Shown here piece after piece: positions 50,994 through 62,744 of a stretch of DNA of 64,000 bases. This stretch comes from Eledone cirrhosa (taxonomy: Eukaryota): positions 22,568,001 through 22,632,000 of the forward strand of contig OZ024743.1 in the NCBI GenBank assembly GCA_964016885.1, in the 5' to 3' direction. The position numbers and the translations under genes were made by a program. The notes under the pieces are model-generated. The model was not told where the DNA came from and did no database searches. It saw nothing but the letters and a program-made list of their open reading frames with translations. The number at the start of each line of letters is the position of its first letter. Position 1 is the first letter of the stretch.

Positions 50994-51977
50994 TGAATTG
51001 GTTGTAGGTTTTCGTATATCCAGTGCATTCACATATATATTTATATAGATAAAGCTTTCTTCTGATGACTATCGCTGTAAATTAGTATTTAAGGGACTAG
51101 AATTTCAAACAGATGAAGTAAGCCCGGCAACATTTCCTGCTATTATTACTCATTTGTAATAGTTTTATGACGAAAACAATGATGAAAAGATAATTTCTCC
51201 ATGAAGTCAGTTTACTTGGGTAAAAACGATTTATCATAAGTTCTCATTTTCAATTCTATATCTCTCTTCTCTGTTTCCTCTGCTAACGAGGGATTCTTTA
51301 CATGGTAACTTGACTTGCTAGAAATAGCTGTCAAATTATCTTTAAAATATTTCAAATTAAGCGTTTACTTTTGAAGACAGCGAGCGATGTTCGAAATTTA
51401 ATAGAAATAGAAGCTTTCGCTGTATTTTGACACAAGAAATTAGCCAGTGTTTAATACCTTCTGAATTAGCCAGTGTTTAATACCCTCTGAATGTCGTATG
51501 ACATGTAACATTCCCGTAAATATGCAATTGCCCATCTGCTAGATATAATAGCTAAAATCCCTAATATTGCACTGCCATATATTATAAAAATGGAAGGATA
51601 CGTTATATGACGTTGATGGGTTTGTCATTGATGCAATGCTGTTGAACATAATCCTGCTTGATCAGATCTGATCACAACAACAAACTATAATGGTAGAGTC
51701 GTATTAATTACAAGTCGTCAAAGCAAAACTAAGAGGAAAATTGCGAGTTGGTGGTAATCTTGATACGTCACTCAGTTCAACAAAATAACCACAGTTCTTG
51801 TGTGCCAGCATTAAAATAACACCCGGTTCTGATTCCCGCCCACGTTTTTGCTGCAGATATTCAGCCTCGGGATTAGCCGCATCATTCTCACCAACTTAGG
51901 TCATTCTTACCATTCTCCCCATACAAAGGTCTTAGTTACTGTCCATTGGCTGAATATAAATAAATGAGATTACTTAC

Positions 51978-52961
51978 CTGCGACTCCAATCGATCAATCG
52001 ATTCTTGTTGACGTTTATTAATGGCTGCTAATTCTTCGACTTGTTTTCGCTTTGATTCTAGAGCCTGTGTAATGTCAGCTTGAGAATCTAGCAGCTTTTG
52101 TTTGCCATCCATTTCTTGGCGTAGATTCCTGATTTCGCAGTTTAGGCGACTTTTTTCCTCGATCATATTTTGATTATCTTGCCGAAGAATACGCATCGAA
52201 TCTTTTTCGTTCATCATGGTTGTCTTTGTGACATTGGTAAGTCTTTCGTTTAAAGTACGTATTTTAATTTGTAACACGTTCTTTTCTTCGAGTGATTTAC
52301 TTTCCTTGTCATTCAAGTTGTTCTTCAATATACTTAAGTCTTTAGATAACTTCTCTTTGTCATCCGTTAGCCTCTTTACAGATATTAGCAATTCAGTAAA
52401 CTTATTTTTCAGTGCAGTATTTTCTTTTTGTTCATCTGTCTCACTCATAGTTTTCATATTTTCTACTTCAGAAATGTGTGTTCTTAACTTTTTCAGCTCT
52501 TCTTCCTTTTGACTAAGTCTAGTGATTGAATCTCTCACAGCGTTGTCTAAATTCTTCACCTCATCCTGCTTTATGCCTATATTGTTGTTAAGTTTTTGTA
52601 GTATATCATCTTTTTCACGTAAACGCTCATCTCTCTGTCGTAACGACTCTCGTAGTTTCTTTGCATTTTCGTCCTGTGAGCTAACTTGTTCAATAAGAGC
52701 TTGAAAATCGTTATCTCGCTGCTTTGAAATTTCTTCAAGACCTCTGATTACTTCATCACGGGTAGAAATAGCAGATTCTTTAGCTTTTATTATTCTTTCC
52801 TTTTCAGCAAGCGAAACTGTTTTCACTTGTAACGTTTTCTGAAGTTTTAACAAAAGATCTTCTTTTGACCTTAAATCTAAAATCTTGTTTTTAAGACGAA
52901 TTTGTATCGATTGTTTTTCTTTTTCAGAAGCTGCACTTTTTGAGCGCCAAATTTCATTCAA
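51978..52961 (-). CDS. SOGA/MTCL-family-like coiled-coil protein, most 5' exon identified in window (328 codons, phase 0-0)
   Basis: Acceptor tatttccag|TTGAAT, donor TCGCAG|GTAAGT; 984 nt open frame, E/K/L/Q-rich coiled coil (LNEIWRSK...IDRLESQ). Begins with an acceptor, so earlier exons lie upstream and were not identified. Confidence 0.9.
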
Positions 52962-53077
52962 CTGGAAATATAAAAATAGAAACGTATGATTAATCAATTG
53001 ATAAAAACGCGTGCGCACATATCATGTCTGCCTGTGAACCTCTCTCTCTCCACACACACACAAAGATACACACACAT

Positions 53078-53138
<61 letters not shown>

Positions 53139-53149
53139 CATATATATAC

Positions 53150-53184
<35 letters not shown>

Positions 53185-53681
53185 CATAGTTTATATAAAG
53201 CACTGTGAAATACGTGGTTAGGATTGTTTGGGGAGAGCCAGTATAATGTGCTAGCTAAACAGTAGGAGTGAAAACGTAAGCAAAGTAAGACAAGCAAAAC
53301 AAAGTATCAGTTTACAGTTGTACCTTATATTTCATATTTTGGGTTAGGATTCTTCTTATAGAAGAGAGGAAATGATTTGTGGTGGTGAAGGTCAGTTGAT
53401 TTCTTCTGCTCAGATATTGGGGCAGATAATTGGAGACAAGTGCAGACTGCTATAGTCAATATAGAAAATCACCTCTGCTGTTAATGAGAGACCTCAATTT
53501 ATTGGAGAGGATAACCAATTTGATTCATAAGTTTTGTAATATTTTGTTCGGAGGAATGTATGGTAACTTTAACATGTGTACTGTGGAACCTTTGTAGGAC
53601 AATTTGATTTACAGTAAAATCATTCTCGTAGATGTCTTTTAATCAGTATACGCAGTTTGCAGACTGTGCTTCCAATTTATG

Positions 53682-53981
53682 TCTAAAGTCTAAAGTCTGT
53701 CTTAAGCCATTTAAGGCTCGTTAGGTCGGTGCTTATCCTGGTTTCATGGCGTGAAGCGACTGAGAGTACAAGACTCCCCCCTGGACAGGACGCCAAGTCT
53801 ATCGCAAGGTTAAACCCCCAGCTATTGCAGATACTGATTTTCAGCTGAATGTACTGGAGCAAAGTGTTTTGTTCAAGAACATAACACGCAACCCAGCCCA
53901 GGAATCGAACCCACGACATTATGGTCGTATTGGAGGAGCATGGCCTAGTGGTAAGGAACCCTTACCACTAGGCCATGCTCC
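53682..53981 (-). mobile_element. tRNA-derived SINE with 11-bp TSD TCCAATTTATG
   Basis: TSD at 53671-53681 and 53982-53992; A-box TGGCCTAGTGG, B-box GGTTCGATTCC; (AGACTTT)n tail. Confidence 0.88.
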
Positions 53982-54461
53982 TCCAATTTATGAGCGACGA
54001 CAATTATTGTGACTTCTGACACATATCCACATTGATGATTAGGGAAGTTAGTTAGAGTTCATATATTATTGTTGCGTCTGGGACGATCCTTTAAGCTCGG
54101 ACAGGAATTTGTTCTGAGGTGGCCAAGTATTTATATTCAGCTTCTCACTGCAGATTGCTCGATGGATTGCAGTGGGGGGACATCTCAATGAAATGTGGTA
54201 GTTTTAGAGAGCCGATGACATCTGTTGGAGTGTGAAATCTACTTCGTGGCGTATTGGCATCTTGGCCATTAGTGAGGAATGCTGGGTAGATGCTTTCTGC
54301 CATATCGCCGGTACGATACATGTAACTATGAAACCAAAATTTTTGCTACTTTTGAAGTAGGCATATATCAATGAGTTTTTGTTTTTGCTGCATTGACGGT
54401 AATGGCAAAGAACAATAGATAGAATATATACATCTTTTGAGAATAAAGACTCTCTATCTTG

Positions 54462-54630
54462 TTAGAGGGTCGGACGCCATGCTTTGACGCATAGAGTTAC
54501 GGCCCTTGTCATTCTGAGTTCAAATCCCGCCGAGGTTAACTTTGCCTTTCATCCTTACGGGGTCGATAAAATAAAGTACCAGTAATACACTGGGTAATTG
54601 CTGGCCTTGTGCCAAGAGTAGAAACAATTA
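54462..54630 (+). mobile_element. SINE family A
   Basis: Near-identical to 38725-38910. Confidence 0.88.
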
Positions 54631-54916
54631 TTTATATTTAGCCATTAAAAGGAGAGAGGGGAGAGAAAATGGGAAAGATAGGGAGATAGAGGGAGAAGAG
54701 AGAGGGAGAAGAGAGAGAGGGAAGAGAGAGGGGGAAGAGAGATGGGGAAGTGGGGAGAGAGAGTAGGAGAGAGCGGGGAGATGGTGAGAGATTTCTTGGA
54801 TTTGATGTTCTTGTTCTTTATGAATTTTGTTTTTATCTTTTTTTTTCATATTTCCATCATTGTTTAAAAAATAGTGTTCACCCCCCCCCCCCCCACACAC
54901 ACACACGCACACACAC

Positions 54917-54951
<35 letters not shown>

Positions 54952-54967
54952 TTTATATATATATATT

Positions 54968-55586
54968 TTAGCTATGATACATTAATGCAAGCTACTTTCG
55001 GTCATATATTACCATGAGTACTAGATGTCTGTATTATGAAATAGCATATGTAATATTTTATTTTTTATCTTCTATGAATAGAGGTGATCTATCCAGTAGT
55101 GAGGACAAATGATAGTGTTTAATGTAGCATTATATCAACTACAAAACTGCAGAAAAGTAGCTTTGTAGCTTTTAAAACAAAATATAATTGAACAGCTTTC
55201 GCCATAACAAAGCTACTTTTCTGCAGTTTTGTAGTTGATATAATTGTTTCTACTGACAAGGCCAGCAATTACCCAGTACATTACTGGTACTTTATTTTAT
55301 CGACCACGTAAGGATGAAAGGCAAAGTTAACCTCGGCGGGATTTGAACTCAGACTGTAAAGGGACGAAACTATGCTAGAAAGCATGGCGTCCAACCCTCT
55401 ACCGATACTGCCAATTCACCGCCATGCTACATTAAACACTATCATTTGTCCTCACTACTGGATAGATCACCTCTATTGATAGAAGATAAAAAATAAAATA
55501 TTACATATGCTATTTCATAATACAGACATCTAGTACTCATGGTAATATATGACCGAAAGTACCTTCCATTAATGTATCATACCTAA
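54968..55586. repeat. Near-perfect fold-back (~200-bp arms) with a SINE inserted in the right arm
   Basis: Left arm 54968-55166; right arm 55207-55243 plus 55424-55586; starts right after (TA)n. Confidence 0.9.
55242..55423 (-). mobile_element. SINE family A inserted into the fold-back arm
   Basis: Full head (GGCGGTGAATTGGCAG on minus) through to the GTAGAAACAAT tail. Confidence 0.88.
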
Positions 55587-56606
55587 TAGACAATTTTGAG
55601 AAGGATTGTGAATGAAAAAAAATCAACAGAATTAAAGGTAGTGGGTGGAAGCACATCTCTTAGTTAAAGTTATTGTAACAACGTATTGTAACAACATTAA
55701 AGGTGTATTGAAGATACAGATATTGAGTCAGTCTCACAGCCGAAAGTATCTATCATGGATTCACGGTCGCATTTGCTTTCCTCATAAACCCAGAGACCAA
55801 GCATCAGGGAAGTACCAACATGGAAACAGTCACTGTTTTGCTCGGTGCCAGTTGAACGCGAGCGTACAGCATTCAGCATTGGAAATTTTATAATATTTTT
55901 TTAATGCAGCGTTGCCAAACATAATAAATATATCGTTTGTCACAGAACCTTAAATCTGTAACCTTCCAAAACCCGTATATGTCTTCCATTTAAATGTCCC
56001 TGCTTACTAAACAGGATTAGGTTATACAATATAACCATTTCCTCAAGATACAATTTTCGTTAGTTTAGAAGTTGTAGTAGTTTAGCCCAAAGTCAGCCCT
56101 AAATAAACAGAACTATGATTAAAATTATTCTATTTTGGACCATCTCAACATTTTAGAATTATGAAAGTATACACGATCGACCTAAACCTTTTTTAAGGCG
56201 GTGGAGAATAATTTCAAAGAGTGATTTTGGCTCCTATTTATATCAAATCAAACAACCAGGTAAAATCTCTCTCATTGGTTCTTGGAATGTCAAAGTAACC
56301 AAACGTATTGCATTTACTTCTAGCATTTCTTGACATCAACTGTCAAGAAACCTGCATTTTGTCTGCTTTCTAATGCATCTTATCTATATATAAACTGAAC
56401 AGGAGGCTGCTGTTACTAGAATTTGGGAGCGTTTTTTACTTCCCCAAAATGCTTCTTAATGATTACATTACTTGTCATTCACACCGCATGGAATTCTTTT
56501 CTTTCTTTATTTTCTTTTTCATTACATTGAGTCATTATTGTATGATTTCCACGTAGGAGGTTACCAGGATTAGAAGACTAGAAGTAGGAAATTTTCCTAT
56601 TCAAGT

Positions 56607-56651
<45 letters not shown>

Positions 56652-56669
56652 GCTGAGAGAGATACATAT

Positions 56670-56783
<114 letters not shown>

Positions 56784-56977
56784 GCACTTAGTTATAATAC
56801 ATTTTCGTCTCTCTAACGATTTCTTTCTTTGAGTCATTTTCTCTTGTTCTCCATCTATGCTCTTATCAGCTGTTCAGATTATATCTCTGAAAATGGTTTT
56901 TTCCACCTGATACGTAAACACTATGATGGTTCTTTCTGAAAATCCTCATATTCACTTCAATTTTCCACCACTGCACT

Positions 56978-57013
<36 letters not shown>

Positions 57014-57241
57014 CACACAATTTCACACACACACACACACACGCGCGCGCACAAACCCACTCTCTCTCTCTCACACACACACACACAAACTCACTCACAA
57101 TCACCCTGAATAACATCCTTTTATTTCTTATATCTATTTTGTTCTTTTTTCTGACACTTTATCTTCTTATCGTTTGCTATTTTCATTTCACACTCAGTAT
57201 TCATTCATCTCTCCAGTTTCTTTATTCCAATCTGTGAAACA

Positions 57242-57501
57242 CTGCTACAGGCGTCAGTAAACCCAACGGACACCATGTCACATCAATGATTATCTGCTAC
57301 AGGCGTCAGTAAACCCAGCGGACACCATGTCACATCAATGATTATCTGCTACAGGCGTCAGTAAACCCAGCGGACACCATGTCACATCAATGATTATCTG
57401 CTACAGGCGTCAGTAAACCCAACGGACACCATGTCACATCAATGATTATCTGCTACAGGCGTCAGTAAACCCAACGGACACCATGTCACATCAATGATTA
57501 T
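57242..57501. repeat. 52-bp minisatellite, 5 copies
   Basis: CTGCTACAGGCGTCAGTAAACCCA(A/G)CGGACACCATGTCACATCAATGATTAT x5; one variable position. Confidence 0.97.
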
Positions 57502-57959
57502 CTCATGGAAAATGTTAAAACAAAACCAAAACAAAACTACATCCATCCCTATCTTTTTACGTCATCATCTTATAACCTTGTTTGGACACTTGAGTGCGAT
57601 GCGGCGAATAGCAAGGTTTGTGGTATTCGTTTCGACTTTTGATACTCTGAGTTCAAATCCCGCTGAGATCAACATTGTCTTTCGTCCTTTCGAGGTCGAC
57701 AAAAAAGTATCAGTTCAATACTAGGCACATATTTATTTTTTCACTTCATTCTTCCTTTCTCACTCTCTCCACCTTTTCTAACAGAAATCGACTGTGTTCA
57801 GAGCTGGAGAGAGGATAGCCCCACAGGTTTTAAAAAGGTCCTAAGATACGCTGTATGCTATTACATCGTACTTAAAATACCATCAGATTTAACGGGTCTA
57901 CACATACTTATGGGTGTGAAAGTGTGAAGCCATCAGTATTTGACTGGCAAACTTACTGA

Positions 57960-58160
57960 AATAATGATTTCTACAATAGACGCAAGGCCAGAAAGTTTTT
58001 TGGGGTGGGAGGAAGTCGTTTTAGATCGACACCAGTGCATTACTGGTGCTTTATTTTATCGACACCGTAAGGATGAAAGGCAAAGCTAACGTAAAAGGTC
58101 ATATCTCTGTGCTGCAAAGCATGGTGTCTGACGCTCGACCGATACTGCCAATCCACCGCC
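57960..58160 (-). mobile_element. SINE family A, diverged
   Basis: ends ...GATACTGCCAATCCACCGCC; a degraded plus copy lies at ~57600-57725. Confidence 0.78.
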
Positions 58161-58341
58161 ATTTTGCCAATGCTCTGAACATTTAAACTTCAATTATTTG
58201 TATATTTAGTCCTTCTGCAGCCGTTTCCTTTATTTATCCACCACCATTGACTTTTCTTCCTTACTTCCATTTTTCTCATCGTTCTTTTTCTTTCGCTATA
58301 GTTTCTTATCTAAAACACGCTCAGACACATTTTTACACACG

Positions 58342-58398
<57 letters not shown>

Positions 58399-58639
58399 CA
58401 TTTGCAACACACAGAAGAACGGAGCAGAGAGAACAAGTCATCACTTGTCTCTTATTTAACTCAACACTCACTATACTTCCATATCTCTCACTTTCTCATT
58501 CCACTAAAGTATACACCAACAGTACATACTCTCCGGTATATATTTCCGTGTAGATGTTCATGTAAAAATACACTCACCTGAAAACAAATCACATATTGAC
58601 AAACTTATACACATACACACATATCATTCTGTATGAGTG

Positions 58640-58721
<82 letters not shown>

Positions 58722-58723
<2 letters not shown>

Positions 58724-59556
58724 ACGAAGGAATTGTGGTAAGGAACCAGATGGACCATAACGCACCAAAGTACTCAATACTTAGGGTAGTAGAGTGGGTA
58801 ATAGGAACAAGTATGACCCCGACAGCAGAGCTCAAGCCGTTTCGACGGCTATTTCTGGACTAAATAAGAATGTTTAGCCTGGTAAATAAATAGCCGAACT
58901 TCTCATGGGGTATTTCCTTATATGGGAAGATAGTAATTGTCAAAAGTATTGGTCAAAAATTTGTTGTAAAGACAGATGAATCTATCATGGCATTTGGTGG
59001 GAGGTAGGGGTGGCTGAACTTGCCGGTAGAACAAAGCGGGAGTGGGGGAAACCCAGTCAAGCGTTGAAAGTGAAATCTATACAGCAGATTCTAAGGATAG
59101 TGTATAAAAGGTCGAAAAAAGTGTACTGGAGAAGAGGAGTTGGGGGGAGTTGAAAGAATAGGTAAATCGAAAGGGAGTAAAAAAACCCTTTCGATTTACC
59201 TATTCTTTCACCCCCCCCCCCTTTTCTCCAGTACAATTTTTTCTACCCTTTATACACTATCCTTAGAATCTGCTGTATAGATTTCACTTTCAACGCTTGA
59301 CTGGGTTTCCCCCACTCCCTCTTTGTTCTACCGGCAAGTTCAGCCACCCCTACCCCCCACCAAATACCATGATAGATTCATCTGTCTTTACAACAAATTT
59401 TTGACCAATCCTTTTGACAATTACTGTCTTCCCATATAAGGATATACTCCCTGAGAAGTTCGGCTATTTATTTACCAGGCTAAAAATTCTTATTTAGTCC
59501 AGAAATAGCCGTCGATACGGCTTGAGCTCTGCCGTCGGGGTCATACTTGTTCCTAT
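58722..59556. mobile_element. Giant hairpin element (arms 58801-59175 / 59186-59556) with an ~80-bp one-sided tail, in (TA)n
   Basis: ~375-bp arms, ~10-nt loop. The same family occurs at 61796-61999 (short arms, same tail), 59570-59621 and ~49447-49500. Confidence 0.88.
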
Positions 59557-59637
59557 ATATATATACATATAGCTGTCGAAACGGCGGGAGCTCAGCCGTC
59601 GGGGTTCTGACTGCTTTCCTATATATATATATATATG

Positions 59638-59850
59638 TAGATCCAGAGTTAAATCGGGGGTAACCAGAGTTAAAAAAGGTATTCAATTCCTTAGTAGAGT
59701 ATAAACATCATAATTGATATAGAAAAGGCCAATACAGGCTAGACTTGTTTCATTCGTATGGAATCATCAGGAATGCCTTACTGTGTTACCCGACATTCCT
59801 GATGACTTCACACGAATGAAACAGTTCTGTAGCAGCCTTTTCTGTATTAT
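59638..59850. mobile_element. Short element with back-to-back degenerate hammerhead cores
   Basis: CTGATGA..gaat-GAAA on minus (from 59770) and on plus (from 59799); (TA)n on both sides; relative at ~41985-42085. Confidence 0.5.
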
Positions 59851-59865
59851 ATATATATATGTGTG

Positions 59866-59955
59866 TGTGCGAAAGTAAACGGAAAACAACAACGCAAACA
59901 ATGGTCTATAATACACTATAATAAGATATATATTAGTTGAGTGATATATATATAT

Positions 59956-60002
<47 letters not shown>

Positions 60003-60075
60003 TCAACTAATATATATCTTATTATAGTATATTATAGAGCATTGTTTGCGTTGTTTTCCGTTTACCTTCCACACA
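59866..60075. repeat. Inverted repeat (~80-bp arms) centred on a TA/CA microsatellite
   Basis: gtaaacggaaaacaac...ttagttgagtgat / atcactcaactaa...gttgttttccgtttac. Confidence 0.85.
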
Positions 60076-60458
60076 TATATATATATATAACAAATTTATA
60101 CATACATTGATAAATTATCACATACGAACATAAACATATGCATATACATCACTTCCTCTTACTCTGTACCTACCTATTACATATCCCCATACAGCGCGTT
60201 CACCACACGAATACACAGTCTCTCATACAAATACATTTGAGAGCAACTAAAAGTCCTTTTAATACTTTCCCAAACAATGTGAGTCTTATTACTGATAGCA
60301 TGTCATGGTGGTTTGAGCTGTATCTAAATATTTATGGCTTTAAAACAAATGTCTATGTTTACTTCAGGTGTGTCTGTAGGAGTTTATGTTAGTGTTTACA
60401 TTGGGTGTGCATTTGTAAGTTAGAATGAACTACTGTATCCTTTTTGTAGCACAACATA

Positions 60459-60537
<79 letters not shown>

Positions 60538-61511
60538 CTAAGTATGTATATATGTCTGTGTGCCTGTGTGTGTGCGTGTATGTGTTTGTGTACATGTGTG
60601 TGTGTGTGTGTATTAAATTTTACAAAAGAAATTGCATTTAGGAGCTACTCGAAAATGTGGAAAATACAATAGTATTTTCCCACTTTACTAAATATATCGC
60701 CTACCCGAGACAGAGATTTGACTAATTTAACAAAACAGTAAATTCATATGGTTCCTGTTGCTAAGAATAAAGTGATTGTATGTCCTGATTTTTATTGGAC
60801 CAGAAAGAAGCATCGAATAATATTGATATAAACATGGGATTTTGTAACTCTGCACAGGTCACAGATCTTGTTGGTTTGCATATATCACATGATTTTCCAA
60901 ACTTAGGTGGGGAAGGGGCTTAAATAGAGACGATGCTTTGTTTACTCATTATACTATTTGCCAACCAGCCTGGTGAAAAAGAAGAAGATTATGCACAATG
61001 TTAAGAATTGTGGCTTAACTATTATTATTGATATTCATTTTAAAATGGTAAATTTCTTAATTCCAAAATATCTTAATTTTACGAAGGGAGACATAAGGTT
61101 AAATACAAATATGAAAATAAAAAATCCTACGATAGAAAAATAAAGCCCATCCTTCTCCACGTCACAGAAGGTATCCAAAGGAAAAACGAAAGGCCGATAC
61201 AGTTTGGTAGCAGTGATGTAGCAACGAATCTTTTCCAGCTGGGTCGACTGGACTAATGAGAATTAAAATGTCTTGCTCAAGAACACGATGTGGCACTCAG
61301 CTTAAGAAACGACCTAGAGCCTAATTATCAAAATAACCACCACCCTAATTACCAAAGCACACACCTTCAGTATATATAGTGAAAGAGTGAAGAATAACAT
61401 GGTCAGCTGTACAAAAAGGGTTTTATTTACAGTACTAACAATTGTTTCGGTGATCAGGTGAGTCTAAAGGCCGCTGATCACTCGAAATTGCGTCACTCGA
61501 CCTTAAATACA

Positions 61512-61557
<46 letters not shown>

Positions 61558-61700
61558 TATGAAATAATACAGCCAATTTTCCACGCAATACTTTTAGTTA
61601 GCACCCCGAACGCATAATTGGGAATATAATCACTTATTTCCTAATGTTTGTTGAGTGAGTTGGAAATTGGCCGGAGTATCACTTAAAAGCTTTCTCCGAT

Positions 61701-61795
<95 letters not shown>

Positions 61796-61797
<2 letters not shown>

Positions 61798-61995
61798 CGA
61801 AGGAAATGTGGTAAGGAACCAGGTGGACCATAACGCACCAAAGTACTCAATACTTAGGGTAGTAGAGTGGATAATAGGAACGAGTAGGACCCCGACGGCT
61901 GAGCTCAAGCCGTTTCGACGGGTAGTTCTGAACTAGTTCTGGACTAGCCGTCGAAACGGTTTGAGCTCAGCCGTCGGGGTCCTACTCGTTCCGTT

Positions 61996-61999
<4 letters not shown>
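61796..61999. mobile_element. Short version of the tailed hairpin family, in (TA)n
   Basis: Same tail ACGAAGGAA..TGGACCATAACGCACCAAAGTACTC; arms ~61877-61925 / 61944-61992. Confidence 0.85.
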
Positions 62000-62088
<89 letters not shown>

Positions 62089-62744
62089 CTGTGTGTATGT
62101 GTACGTGTGTACCTGTGCATGTATTTATATGTCTGCATGTATATGTATATATATATATGTGTGTGTGTGCATATACATGCAGACATATAAATACATGCAC
62201 AGGTACACACACATATGTATACATATACAGGCATATGTGTATGTATGTGTGCGTGGGTGTAAGTAGATTTATGTATTTTTTTTGTTTCTTCTTTTGGACG
62301 ACTAATAGTAACAATGGAAATGTTATACGTTTATTTAGTAATGCCTTTGCTGGGAGATAGCCTAACTTGCCTTCTTGTATCCTCCTAATCAAATTTTTAC
62401 TAATAATAAGTAGACATGGCTGATAGGTTATCTGAAAATCCAGCAGATTTCTTTATAAAACTCTGTAGCAGTCTCGAGAAGAAGCTGGTTGTTGAAATTC
62501 TGAATCTATTAATACTGAAAAAATTGTTCACAGTTGGTTATAGTCTCTTATAGCAGCTCTCAATCAGTCATTGATAACACCTGGACTGAAAGAGGTCGGC
62601 GCCTCATTATCATCTGATATACTGCTAACTACTATTTATGACAACCCACACTAAATAATAAGCTATATTGTTTTACACACGTATGTATGTATGTATGTAT
62701 GTATGTATGTATGTATGTATGTATGTATGTATGTATGTATGTAT

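Noticed and set aside
53300-54420. Degenerate LINE-like coding sequence around the SINE
   Set aside because: Composition is suggestive, but no diagnostic motif could be read.
55697-55879. 60-aa ORF (and 1597-1800)
   Set aside because: No recognisable motif or splice context; length is within chance expectation.
57242-57501. CRISPR-like array
   Set aside because: Head-to-tail repeats with no unique spacers; eukaryotic context; no cas genes.
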